Source: Escherichia coli
GTDB lineage: Bacteria; Pseudomonadota; Gammaproteobacteria; Enterobacterales; Enterobacteriaceae
Direction: 5' to 3' (one strand)
Length of the DNA stretch: 64,000 nucleotides
Assembly (NCBI RefSeq): GCF_051903065.1
Contig: NZ_CP178438.1
The position numbers were made by a program, and so were the translations under genes. Positions 49,081-59,663 of this stretch are shown one piece after another (positions within the stretch are counted from its first letter, which is position 1; every line of letters starts with the position of its first letter). The notes under the pieces are model-generated. The model made no database searches and was not told the DNA's origin. It saw only the letters and a list, made by a program, of their open reading frames with translations.

Positions 49081-49293
49081 TCAAAGCGCCACTACATGAA
49101 CAGCGGCAGGACCTTTAGGTCCGTTCTCAATACCAAATTCAACTTCCTGATTCTCAGTTAATGTTTTGAAATCGTTGCTCTGAATTGCTGAGAAATGGAC
49201 AAACACATCTTTGCTGCCATCTTTCGGCGTGATGAAACCAAAACCTTTTTCAGGGTTAAACCATTTCACTAAACCAGTCATTTTGTTAGACAT
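49081..49293 (-). CDS. cspI: Cold shock protein CspI
   Basis: 70-aa [44 protein letters not shown]... Confidence 0.9.
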   Translation of the reverse strand: MSNKMTGLVKWFNPEKGFGFITPKDGSKDVFVHFSAIQSNDFKTLTENQEVEFGIENGPKGPAAVHVVAL

Positions 49294-49655
49294 AATTATT
49301 ACCTTTTGAAGAAATTAGCCCTTGGGCAGAATGGTCCGAAAAAAAATATCAGAGAGAAAAACCAACAAGGAAATCTCAAGAGGTACAAATAATAAAATTA
49401 TAACAATGACTGCTTCAGATAAATTTGTAACAAACCAGAACACCATTAACGCATGATTAACCACCCATAGCAAGGATTACTTTTGTAAAGAAAAACACAG
49501 CAATGAAAGAATAGCTTTATTTATTAATAAAACGTGTCATTCTGATTAAGACCTTTTATCTTACCCTTAAGATTTCAGGAATTTTGGCTCATGGAAGAGT
49601 CCTTTTTATTTAAATTTTACATTCCGCGATGTAAATGTTCCGATTTAATATTACC

Positions 49656-50679
<1,024 letters not shown>

Positions 50680-50683
<4 letters not shown>

Positions 50684-50991
50684 AGATATTTATGATGAGG
50701 ACGCTCGTGCTTATTGGCAGGATTTTCAATCTTAAAGGAGTACTGATGCTGCAGATAAGACTCAACTTTTTCTGACAATTTTTCTGCTACTTCCAGGAAG
50801 ACTTGCCGGACGCTCCTTCTGGCTGCTGCCTCATAAAACTCCAGCGCAGCTCCTTCAACACGGTCCATGGCGACATCCAGGTCAAAAATTTCACCGTCAA
50901 AGCGTTCTTTGTCCTGTAAGGCTACAGTTACCGTAACTTTATTCTCAAAATTACGGACTCCTTTCACAACCAGTTCATAGTCTTGAGTCAT
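50680..50991 (-). CDS. ydfR: Prophage protein YdfR (DUF1327)
   Basis: 103-aa ORF between holin and endolysin. Confidence 0.75.
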
Positions 50992-50995
50992 TGGA

Positions 50996-51211
50996 TTACT
51001 CTCCTCTCGCAGCCTTACGCCTGTCTTCTTTAATCTTGAAATAAAGATTTGTCAGATACGTCAGCAGGCAAAAAACCAGGCTACCCAGCACACCGATTGC
51101 AGCCCACTGTGACGGAGTTACTTTATCGAGTAACTGCAATGCCCAGAAACCAGCATTACCCGCCGATGTGCCATAGGCAACACCTGTTGTTAACTTATCC
51201 ATTGATTTCAT
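50996..51211 (-). CDS. essQ: Class II holin (phage 21 S-like)
   Basis: 71 aa from [14 protein letters not shown]... with two TM segments; first gene of the lysis cassette. Confidence 0.8.
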   Translation of the reverse strand: MKSMDKLTTGVAYGTSAGNAGFWALQLLDKVTPSQWAAIGVLGSLVFCLLTYLTNLYFKIKEDRRKAARGE

Positions 51212-51429
51212 ATCCTCACCCCGATGTACACGGATGGTGCAATATGTTTGAAAAGATCGGAGTCTACGGGGTAGTTTTGACAGCACACGTTGTTCTCAAC
51301 GGCGCTAAAAAACATACACATTAAAAATGTGGGTAATTATTTTGAAAGAAAATCATATATAAAATAATAATACGAGAAATGTTTTCATATTTAGTGTACT
51401 GTATACGGCCATTTATACAGGAAATGCCT

Positions 51430-51600
51430 ATGTCAGAACGTAAAGACTCAAAATCACGCCGTAATTATCTCGTTAAATGTTCCTGCCCAAACTGCACCCA
51501 AGAGTCAGAACACAGTTTTTCAAGAGTACAAAAAGGTGCCCTTTTGATCTGCCCTCATTGCAACAAAGTATTCCAGACAAATCTTAAAGCTGTAGCCTGA
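51430..51600 (+). CDS. ynfU: Small zinc-ribbon protein (56 aa)
   Basis: MSERKDSKSRRNYLVKCSCPNCTQESEHSFSRVQKGALLICPHCNKVFQTNLKAVA with CxCPxC...CPxC; symbol from memory, moderate certainty. Confidence 0.55.
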   Translation: MSERKDSKSRRNYLVKCSCPNCTQESEHSFSRVQKGALLICPHCNKVFQTNLKAVA

Positions 51601-51963
51601 TTGATTTTATTAGTAACAAGTATTTTTTATATTTTAATAATATATTTAAAGCAGATAATAAAAAACCCGCCTGAGCGGGTTTGAGATTGTGGTGCTTTTT
51701 GTGGGAGTCATCCACTTACGCACTTTGTTTTGCGATGCCAGCAGTTAGCTTCTGCTGTGAAACTATTCATGCAGCAAACCTGCACTTCACCACAATGGTT
51801 AGCATACTTTTCCTGATTAAGATTTTGCCAAATATGCTGGCCATTGTTTCATGTATTGGACCTCCTTACTTTTTATTAAAGAGATCCAATATTCACTACT
51901 CTGTCCGTATCTCTACTCAGGCATCAGCCTTCTTCGTTATCGTATACAGACGAGCGATGAATT

Positions 51964-52179
51964 TTAATCAGTAATGATGACATTTACTGCTGCAGGACCT
52001 TTAGCACCACTCTCTATAGAGAAGGTAACCTTTTGACCTTCAAATAAGGTTCGATAATTATCATTCTGAATCGCAGAAAAATGCACAAACACATCTTTAC
52101 TACCATCAACAGGAGAAATAAAGCCGAAACCTTTATCAGCGTTAAACCATTTTACTAAACCAGTCATTTTATTTGACAT
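51964..52179 (-). CDS. cspB: Cold shock protein CspB
   Basis: 71-aa [44 protein letters not shown]... Confidence 0.9.
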   Translation of the reverse strand: MSNKMTGLVKWFNADKGFGFISPVDGSKDVFVHFSAIQNDNYRTLFEGQKVTFSIESGAKGPAAVNVIITD

Positions 52180-52489
52180 TCTACATTCCTTAACTTGAGC
52201 CTTTCGGCATAAATGGTTTGCATAACAGAAACGACTTCGTACTTAATTGGAGAGACTCAAAGAAGGAATAAGTGAATAACACCTGAAATGAGAACTGCTT
52301 TAGTAAACTACTTCGTATATCGTCTGTTCTTCAAACCGACGCAGTCATTAACTCATAGTTGAACATATGAAGCAATGTTTATTTTAGACATCCAGCCACC
52401 TTCAATCCTATCAAAAAAGTAGTTTTCTCCAGGAACGTGTGTATGGTGCACCAGGTTATCAGTATTAAGGAGTTTTTCTGTCCCCTAAA

Positions 52490-52690
52490 ATGACAGGAAT
52501 TGTCAAAAACTTTGACGGCAAAAGCGGCAAGGGTCTTATCACCCCATCCGATGGTCGTATCGATGTCCAGCTTCATGTTTCAGCGCTCAATCTCCGCGAT
52601 GCAGAAGAAATTACCACCGGATTACGCGTGGAATTTTACCGGATAAATGGTCTGCGTGGCCCTTCAGCTGCCAATGTTTACCTTTCATGA
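52490..52690 (+). CDS. cspF: Cold shock-like protein CspF
   Basis: 66-aa divergent CSD-like ORF ([30 protein letters not shown]...) opposite cspB. Confidence 0.8.
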   Translation: MTGIVKNFDGKSGKGLITPSDGRIDVQLHVSALNLRDAEEITTGLRVEFYRINGLRGPSAANVYLS

Positions 52691-53111
52691 GCTATATTAA
52701 AGCTTTAATTTCAGGCCCCATCGGATCACACATGGAGAGTTTTTATGAATAACCCCGTCTGTCTTGATGACTGGTTGATTGGCTTTAAAATCTTATGCTG
52801 TACTTTGGCCGTAATAGCTCTGCTAATAATATAATAAGCAGACTCATTGTGTTTAGGGACATTGTACTGGAAGAAAACATTTTAAACATCAGGCAAATAA
52901 CCAAGTCACCAGCTAAATAATAAGTTAACAGACATGAGTCCCGGGATGAGATTCAACATTACCATTGCCCCATTTAAAGCACAAAACCCGCTCATCAGCG
53001 GGTTTTCTACTTTTTCTTAACGTCGGGTATACAAAGCCCATCGTTGAAAAAATTTTATCCATATTTTTTGAAAAATGCAAACATCATGTCGCCATCTTCA
53101 GCAAAAATCAT

Positions 53112-53864
53112 TTATCTCGTCACCTTCCTCAATTGCGCTTCCGCGTATGCTTCTTCCTGCCAGCACTTTGTTACCAGTTTACCAATGACGTCCGCATACC
53201 CCTTATACCACTGATAATCGGTCAGGTCTGGTACCAGCTTCTGGACATGACGTCGTGCCAGCGTGGTCGGTAAACGACTAAACCGGTTTCCATTACAACG
53301 CCCACAAATCTTATATACCGGTACGCCATGAAACCGGGTTCTTTTTTCATCCAGAACAATCCCTTTACCCTTACACCCTCTGCACGCTGTGCTGGCTTCG
53401 CCCTTACCATGGCAATGCTGACATAGTTCCTTCACCCATTCTTCCTTGATTACAGATTCCCCGCGTCTGTAGTGTTTCACCACTTCGCGCAATACATTAT
53501 AAAATCCCGTACCTGAACAATGCTCACAGCGAGCCTTACTTGCCGCAGACCTGGAGTAATCAGCAAAGGCAAAACTCACGAGGTAAGGAATAATCTGTAA
53601 CCGGATTTCTTCACTCAATTTGTTCAATGTCGGGTTATCCAGTGCCATCGCGTAATTTAGCAGGCCTTCAATCGCAAACTGAGGGTCCTGAACACCAACT
53701 TTTGCCAGAAATAAGGCCAACCCAAGTGGTGCTTTCGACTGCACCATCCCCTGCGCTGCCATTACATCCGTAATTGTTAAACAACCGGTGCCTGTCGCTG
53801 GAGCGTCATCGCTCAATTTTGGAGATTTTGGGGAGTAATATTTTGGTAAGGCTTCAAGGTTCAT
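53112..53864 (-). CDS. quuQ: Late-gene antiterminator Q homologue
   Basis: 250 aa from MNLEALPKYY... with Cys-rich zinc-binding region (CEHCSGTG...CQHCHGKG...CRGCKGKG). Confidence 0.8.
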   Translation of the reverse strand: MNLEALPKYYSPKSPKLSDDAPATGTGCLTITDVMAAQGMVQSKAPLGLALFLAKVGVQDPQFAIEGLLNYAMALDNPTLNKLSEEIRLQIIPYLVSFAFADYSRSAASKARCEHCSGTGFYNVLREVVKHYRRGESVIKEEWVKELCQHCHGKGEASTACRGCKGKGIVLDEKRTRFHGVPVYKICGRCNGNRFSRLPTTLARRHVQKLVPDLTDYQWYKGYADVIGKLVTKCWQEEAYAEAQLRKVTR

Positions 53865-53877
53865 GCTCGTTCTCCAC

Positions 53878-54966
53878 TTACGCCAGTACGCCAATTGCCA
53901 GCGCGCGATCGATAAAACGAAATATCAGCTCCAGTTGGGAGCCATACTTATCTTCAAATGCCACTGTATCCGTATGCAGCTCGTTGTGATGCTTTCTGCA
54001 CAAAGGCAACACAAAGAGATCATGTGCTTTTGTTCCCATTCCGCCCTGCCCGTGACCAATCAGATGATGCGGATCGTCGGCTGGCATACCGCAGCAAGCA
54101 CACGGCTGTGTCTTAACCCAACGTGTGTATTTCTCCTTAACCCAGCGGCGACGTTTAGGCAGCTTCATGAAAGATTCCGGAGACTCTGGATCAACGGTGA
54201 TGCTTACCACCGTCTTTTCCTGTGGTGATTTTTGTTGCTGGTGGGCGTAAGGCAACGGTGCAAGATTTTTTGTGCGTTGTTTCAATATGCTGGTGGCGGT
54301 CTGCTCTCCCGGTACGATGTCGCTTTCGCGGTACACCGAGCAGATTTTTTCCGCTGGTAATCCCAGCGAACGACGCGATACAGCCTCAGGTAGTGCATCC
54401 ACCACCTGATTGCAGACCGCCCACCAGGATAATTCAGCCAAAGATAATTCCCGCTCCTGCGTACCGCTTATTGCGTGACGGATGACGTCAATCACCCATG
54501 CTGTCAGATTTTGTTGAGCAAGCAGCTCCAGTGATTCCGATGTCTGGTCACGCAGTTGGTTGTCGCAGTGCCAGCACAACACCATTGCGCCGGTACCATA
54601 ACGGTGAATGACTGTTTCAGTGTGATGGTAATCGCCATTAGGCCACTGGCAGGATGTAACATGACGTAATAGCCAGTCGGACAATGCGCCAACGCCGCCA
54701 GCAGCACGAATCACCCGTTCGTTACTAAAAAACGGCAGCAATGTTTTGTCTTCCGCCAGCGGCTGGCGAACGGCAGGAACGACTCCGGATGGCAGATTAC
54801 GCATGCTTTTTGGTTCCGGTTCCACCAGCACTCGAGGATTATGAAATATCTGTATGGATTCACGGCCCGGCTTAAGGACCACCAGCCCAAGCTCAGGCAC
54901 CAGAACAGGTCTAAGTAATACCCGCACGTTACCTCCAGATCCGTTGCTGGAAAGTGCGGGACGCAC
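53878..54966 (-). CDS. ydfU: Prophage protein YdfU (DUF968)
   Basis: 362-aa ORF with C-terminal Cys/His cluster (CACCGMPADDPHHLIGHG...CRKHHNELH); true start may be internal. Confidence 0.75.
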   Translation of the reverse strand: MRPALSSNGSGGNVRVLLRPVLVPELGLVVLKPGRESIQIFHNPRVLVEPEPKSMRNLPSGVVPAVRQPLAEDKTLLPFFSNERVIRAAGGVGALSDWLLRHVTSCQWPNGDYHHTETVIHRYGTGAMVLCWHCDNQLRDQTSESLELLAQQNLTAWVIDVIRHAISGTQERELSLAELSWWAVCNQVVDALPEAVSRRSLGLPAEKICSVYRESDIVPGEQTATSILKQRTKNLAPLPYAHQQQKSPQEKTVVSITVDPESPESFMKLPKRRRWVKEKYTRWVKTQPCACCGMPADDPHHLIGHGQGGMGTKAHDLFVLPLCRKHHNELHTDTVAFEDKYGSQLELIFRFIDRALAIGVLA

Positions 54967-55207
54967 GTGGTGGGCGTTCGGAATAAGGCAGCCTGACAGA
55001 GATTATCCAGTGCCGATAGTCGAGACTGAGAGCTTTCTTAACCTCGAACCCGCGCCTGCGGTAAGAATGAATCAGCCATTCGGCCTGTTCTGCAGTGCAT
55101 GGAGGGTGCTGGAACCATTCAGACTTGAATGCGTGAGAATACCGCCCGTGCGTGCAGGCAAGAACGGGCGAATTATCAGAATTGTAATATTTTGCGTTGC
55201 GTGCCAT
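54929..55207 (-). CDS. Hypothetical prophage protein (92 aa)
   Basis: ORF MARNAKYYNSDNSPVLACTHGRYSHAFKSEWFQHPPCTAEQAEWLIH... between rem and ydfU; overlaps the annotated ydfU 5' end, so one of the two starts is probably wrong. Confidence 0.35.
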   Translation of the reverse strand: MARNAKYYNSDNSPVLACTHGRYSHAFKSEWFQHPPCTAEQAEWLIHSYRRRGFEVKKALSLDYRHWIISVRLPYSERPPRASRTFQQRIWR

Positions 55208-55273
55208 CGGTTTTCTCCGGTGGCACGGTGTTACTCAGCGGGAGTTCAGCCCCGCGCAAGATTGTAGATGAGT

Positions 55274-55525
55274 TTATTCTCCTGAAAAAGCAGAAAAGCC
55301 AGCTTTTATTCCGATCTCTTTCAATGCCTGTAATGAAGTGACAAACTCACCTTCGCGCAAGATAAATCCGTCCGTGACCCGAGCATCCACAAAATTAATT
55401 AACGCAGCCCCATTCTTTCGCAAACACATAATGCGGTAATGACTAACAAGATTTCCATTTTCAACGCACACAGCATAGAGGCCATCTTCACAAAAAATTT
55501 TACGCAGTTCTTCGATGTTCATCAT
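55274..55525 (-). CDS. rem: Prophage protein Rem
   Basis: 83-aa ORF MMNIEELRKIFCEDGLYAVCVENGNLVSHYRIM... Confidence 0.8.
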   Translation of the reverse strand: MMNIEELRKIFCEDGLYAVCVENGNLVSHYRIMCLRKNGAALINFVDARVTDGFILREGEFVTSLQALKEIGIKAGFSAFSGE

Positions 55526-55654
55526 CAGAATCCTTCCGGATAATTAGCTCTCCCCTTTAAGGGACCATCCCTCTTATCCCTGCGCGCTACTTAAGTATTT
55601 TTGATTCTATTCCGGCACCGTCCAGAACTTCAAACGCGTTGAAAATAAAAACAA

Positions 55655-55680
55655 AAACCCGCCGAAGCGGGTTAAGTGCG
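55655..55680 (-). terminator. Rho-independent terminator / 3' fold of the hokD transcript
   Basis: Minus-strand AACCCGCTTCGGCGGGTT followed by TTTTGTTTTTATTTT. Confidence 0.65.
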
Positions 55681-55741
55681 GGTGCGTTGAGGATGCCTGC
55701 CACATCAGAGGTGGCGAGGGATTTCTCCCCCGCCGGGTCTC

Positions 55742-55897
55742 TTACTCCTCAGGTTCGTAAGCTGTGAAGACAGCGACCTCCGTCTGGCCGGTTCGGATTC
55801 GTACCTCGCAGAGGTCTTTCCTCGTTACCAGTGCCGTCACTATGACGGTTAAACAGATGACGATCAGGGCGATTAACATCGCCTTTTGCTGCTTCAT
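55742..55897 (-). CDS. hokD: Hok-family type I toxin (51 aa)
   Basis: Read from DNA: MKQQKAMLIALIVICLTVIVTALVTRKDLCEVRIRTGQTEVAVFTAYEPEE. Confidence 0.85.
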   Translation of the reverse strand: MKQQKAMLIALIVICLTVIVTALVTRKDLCEVRIRTGQTEVAVFTAYEPEE

Positions 55898-55968
55898 AGC
55901 CTGCTTCTCCTGTCAACGCAAAGCAGAAGTGTCACCTTCGGTGCGAAACAGAGATGTCATGCTTTGGT

Positions 55969-56256
55969 TCAGAGAATGCGTTTGACCGCCTCGCTATATA
56001 CTTCCGAGCGTTCTCTTTTCCCAACAGAAATCACGAAAACGACAACTTTCTCGTCTATAACCTGGTATACAAGGCGATAGCCTGAAGACCGGAGCTTAAT
56101 CTTGTAACAATCAGGCATACCACGGAGCTTGTTTGCTTCAATCCGGGGTGACTCAAGTACTTCAACCAGCTTCTTTTTCAACTGTTCACGTACCGTCGAG
56201 CCCAGCTTTCGCCATTCCTTTAGTGCCCGCTCGTCAAAATCCAGAAAATACGCCAT
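55969..56256 (-). CDS. relE: Type II toxin RelE (ribosome-dependent mRNA interferase)
   Basis: 95-aa ORF MAYFLDFDERALKEWRKLGSTVREQLKKKLVEVLESPRIE... Confidence 0.9.
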   Translation of the reverse strand: MAYFLDFDERALKEWRKLGSTVREQLKKKLVEVLESPRIEANKLRGMPDCYKIKLRSSGYRLVYQVIDEKVVVFVISVGKRERSEVYSEAVKRIL

Positions 56257-56495
56257 CAGAGTTCATCCAGCGTCACACGTACTGGCTTAGGATTACGAAG
56301 CCGTTCTTTCACTATCTCCACAAGTTCAGCATCTTCATCACTCAGGAGTGTCTGTTTGAACGGCAAGCGTTCATTGTCAGCGATATACTCGAGCATGAGA
56401 CGAAGCGCTTCAGAAGGAGTTACACCCATTTTTTCAAGCGCGGCGTAAGAACGCGCTTTAAGTTCATCGTCAATACGCAGGTTAATGCTACCCAT
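56256..56495 (-). CDS. relB: Type II antitoxin RelB
   Basis: 79-aa ORF MGSINLRIDDELKARSYAALEKMGVTPSEALRLM..., start overlapping the relE region as in relBE. Confidence 0.9.
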   Translation of the reverse strand: MGSINLRIDDELKARSYAALEKMGVTPSEALRLMLEYIADNERLPFKQTLLSDEDAELVEIVKERLRNPKPVRVTLDEL

Positions 56496-56499
56496 GTCT

Positions 56500-56535
56500 T
56501 ACACCTCTTGTAATTACAAATGTCATTACAAGTAT
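56500..56535 (-). promoter_or_regulatory. relBE promoter/operator (relO) inverted hexad repeats
   Basis: CTTGTAATTACAAATGTCATTACAAG contains palindromic TTGTAAT/ATTACAA elements immediately upstream of relB. Confidence 0.6.
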
Positions 56536-56825
56536 CGCACTACAACATGCTTAGGGCAAGTCACGAAGGAAGTCAGAAAGTAGTCGTAAGAACGGTGATC
56601 ACTGTCCGCTTTGTGCCAGGAGCAGCCATTGCTAAGTCCATCCTGTATTGTGCAGGTCAGCTCGTTTTTAAAGAGTCCGGCCATCATCTTACTGGTACAG
56701 ACACCATATACTTTGTGACGGTCAGGCTACATATGCACAACTCAACTTATTCATCTATTTTTTGCTTTAGCATGTCAGTGTTGCTTTCTCGTCGGCGGGT
56801 GAGCGGTGACCTGACCTGTCGATAA
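56520..56825 (+). CDS. ydfV: Prophage protein YdfV
   Basis: 101-aa ORF divergent from relB; K-12 gene order. Confidence 0.65.
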   Translation: MSLQVSHYNMLRASHEGSQKVVVRTVITVRFVPGAAIAKSILYCAGQLVFKESGHHLTGTDTIYFVTVRLHMHNSTYSSIFCFSMSVLLSRRRVSGDLTCR

Positions 56826-57027
56826 AGGAACGTAACACGTTTTATGCAACACCCGCATGCGGCAGAAAATTATTGCCGAACGTTTACCCCTGTCAACAAG
56901 CTTTACTTTCTGAGGCGCGCCAGCCCGCGAGGAAAACAATCTGAACATCAAACAATTAATGACACAAGAAATACGATTAAAGATTTTTTTGTACATGCCG
57001 ATAGTGCTTTTTTAAAAGGAGAAATCT

Positions 57028-57360
57028 ATGTCTGTCACAATTCAGGGAAATACCTCAACCGTTATTTCAAACAACTCCGCCCCGGAAGGAACATCAGAAA
57101 TAGCCAAAATCACAAGACAAATTCAGGTGCTGACTGAAAAGCTTGGGAAAATCTCATCGGAAGAGGGGATGACGACACAGCAGAAAAAAGAAATGGCTGC
57201 ATTGGTACAGAAGCAAATTGAAAGCCTCTGGGCTCAACTGGAGCAGTTGTTAAGGCAGCAGGCAGAGAAAAAGAATGAAGACGCGACAGTTCAGCCTGAT
57301 AAAAAAGAAGAGAAAAAAGACGATACAAATACCGCTGGCACCATTGATATTTACGTCTAA
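57028..57360 (+). CDS. flxA: FlxA (FliA-regulated protein)
   Basis: 110-aa ORF MSVTIQGNTSTVISNNSAPEGTSEIAKITRQIQVLTEKLGK... Confidence 0.85.
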   Translation: MSVTIQGNTSTVISNNSAPEGTSEIAKITRQIQVLTEKLGKISSEEGMTTQQKKEMAALVQKQIESLWAQLEQLLRQQAEKKNEDATVQPDKKEEKKDDTNTAGTIDIYV

Positions 57361-57373
57361 GTGACAGCCGTAT

Positions 57374-57402
57374 TGTGGCCCTCATCGGGCCACTTTTCGC
57401 CA
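57374..57402 (+). terminator. Candidate terminator after flxA
   Basis: TGGCCCTCATCGGGCCA stem followed by CTTTTCG. Confidence 0.45.
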
Positions 57403-57796
57403 TCAGCCTTTTCTTTAAAGACATATTATCTTTGTATCATTTCTGATAGTTAACATTACAAGATATAAGTAATGGACGCACTCCCAATTAGTCTATTTAA
57501 ATCGCCACGAGTTTAACTGACAACCCATGATCAATTATGAATTGCAACTATTTCTGTAGTCACTTTTGTGGGGACAGTCCACAAAACTGCCAACTTCCGC
57601 TTCTTGCTCTTAGCGGACATTAGCATAGGCTATTTACCATAACGCCTCATTACGCACACCGCCCAGACTGACTCAGCGCGTTTCTGGCATATCCCCGGTA
57701 AAACAAGTAACAAACCACCCGAAAATGAACACCAGAAACGCGACTTAAGAATCTACCCTATGAATGGATATGCACTCAACCGAATCGATCTTGGTT

Positions 57797-59110
57797 TCAA
57801 TCTTTTTTATCGGGATCAGGCTTCTTTTTAGGTAACTTCGGGGGCTTAACTTGCTGATGACTTTGCGTTCGGCGCGTAAGCCAGGGATGGTCAGCTTTAG
57901 GTTTAACATAGTATTTTGAGCGTAAATCAATACGGGCATTATCCACTCGTTCATGGACACTCTTTTCATCATCCGGTGGTATAGGCTCCGGGCCATCAAC
58001 ATACTTTTCCCAGCCCAGCGCTTTCCCGTCATACAGAACGTTAATTTCACCGTCAAAGTTCTCGCATACAGTAACAACCGAATGCCTAAGTCGATATCCC
58101 CGGCCCTCACTGCGTACCTGAAACGCACTGCTTTTGTACTGGAAAGTGAGATTTTTAGACAGAACGCGCTTCGCCTGTAGGCTGAAGATATAACCCAGTT
58201 CCTCTTCAGAATGGTGCACATCAAGATGAGCATTATCAGTAGTACGAGGCGACGTAGCGAACCGGTTGTTATAGGCTTCAATAAAGGTCGGCAACCATGC
58301 ATTTGCTGTTTCAATATCACTGATATTCTGAAGCCGCATTTCTTTGACCAGCCTGTCCTGTAGTGTCTGATTGGCGCGCTCTACCCGCCCTTTTGCCTGC
58401 GGGCTGTTGGCATGGATTGGCTCGATGCCCAGTGTCTTTATCGCACGAGTGAACTGGGTCAGCTCACCTTCCCGCTCTGGGTTATTTACCCTGAATATAC
58501 TGTGTCTATCAGAGTAGAGAGCGAGCGGTACGCCATGATCATTAAGGTAACCCCGGAGGGTTTCCATGTAAGCCCGGGTTGTTTCAGCAGGCACAAAACG
58601 CAACGCCATCAACGCACTGGTGGCATCATCAATGAAAACGATCAGTGTACATCTGGGGCCTCGATTTTCAAACCAGTCATGAGATGAGCCATCAATCTGG
58701 ATCAGTTCACCGTAAGATGGTCGTCGCATGCGGCGTTGATATATACGGGCAATTTTACGACGGCGTTCACGCCATAACCCCTCTTCTATCATCCACTTTC
58801 TGAGAGTTTCAACGGATAAAGATAAACCGTGTATCTCGCGCAATTTTTCGCACGCAAACGTAGGTCCAAAATCAGCGTAACGGCCTTTGAGGAGTGAAAT
58901 TACTGTTGCTCTGAATTCAGTAGAAAAGGAATTATTAGGACGCTTTCCACGTCGGTGGGAAACCAGACCAGAAGGCCCTTCATTTCTATACCGTTGCACC
59001 AGACGTTTAACCTGCCGAATAGAAATGCCAATGCGTGCCGCAGCTTGTTCCTGAATAATCTGAAGTCGGTGGAGTTCCTTATGACTCATCGTAACAGTCT
59101 CTTTGATCAT
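57797..59110 (-). CDS. Single-ORF DDE transposase with N-terminal HTH and rve integrase core (IS481-like; family uncertain)
   Basis: 437-aa ORF; candidate DDE residues in ...IQIDGSSHDW..., ...LYSDRHS..., ...KGRVERANQT...; Lys/Pro-rich C-terminal tail; no companion helper ORF. Confidence 0.7.
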   Translation of the reverse strand: MIKETVTMSHKELHRLQIIQEQAAARIGISIRQVKRLVQRYRNEGPSGLVSHRRGKRPNNSFSTEFRATVISLLKGRYADFGPTFACEKLREIHGLSLSVETLRKWMIEEGLWRERRRKIARIYQRRMRRPSYGELIQIDGSSHDWFENRGPRCTLIVFIDDATSALMALRFVPAETTRAYMETLRGYLNDHGVPLALYSDRHSIFRVNNPEREGELTQFTRAIKTLGIEPIHANSPQAKGRVERANQTLQDRLVKEMRLQNISDIETANAWLPTFIEAYNNRFATSPRTTDNAHLDVHHSEEELGYIFSLQAKRVLSKNLTFQYKSSAFQVRSEGRGYRLRHSVVTVCENFDGEINVLYDGKALGWEKYVDGPEPIPPDDEKSVHERVDNARIDLRSKYYVKPKADHPWLTRRTQSHQQVKPPKLPKKKPDPDKKD

Positions 59111-59444
59111 GAAAAATCCCCCAGAGAATTGTCTGGGGACATTTTAGAATGGTTCAAAGGGGACATTACAGCTTGGTGTTAACAATAGCCTGCTTCTCCG
59201 TGCCTTTCGGCACGTAAGAGGCTAACCTACATGTGTCTAGCATGAAATTGGCCTCAGATTAATGTTAAGCGTCTTGCAGGACGCGTAATGTTAACTGGGG
59301 CTTTTCTCTATCTGCCGTTGGTGTCCATGCCCGAGGCAGATAGCCTCAAGCACCCGCAGTCATTCTACTTAACTAAGATTTCCCCGCAAACCGTTTTTGT
59401 CCAGCACAGTAAATATCCAACTAAACCAATGGAGTTCGCTGTAT

Positions 59445-59663
59445 TTACCGCCAGTATTCAATGCACATGACCGCCATGAACACCCCTAAAAAAAGGGCAT
59501 TTATATATCCAAATATTAATATCAAAACATCAACTTTTTCCATATACCTTGCTGTGAAGATGATGGGCATACATGATGCGAACAACCAGAACGCAACAAA
59601 CAAAAACTGCAATGCGTTTTTCATTATTCCTCCTACAATCAATGTGCAATTACATTTAAACAC
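59445..59663 (-). CDS. Candidate small membrane protein (two predicted TM segments)
   Basis: ORF ...MKNALQFLFVAFWLFASCMPIIFTARYMEKVDVLILIFGYINALFLGVFMAVMCIEYWR; hydrophobic profile only, no homology assessed. Confidence 0.3.
   Translation of the reverse strand: MFKCNCTLIVGGIMKNALQFLFVAFWLFASCMPIIFTARYMEKVDVLILIFGYINALFLGVFMAVMCIEYWR

Noticed and set aside
57572-59175. GGGGACA-containing motifs on both sides of the 437-aa transposase as candidate terminal inverted repeats
   Set aside because: The motifs are in direct rather than inverted orientation and too short to define element ends by eye; reported only as an open question.
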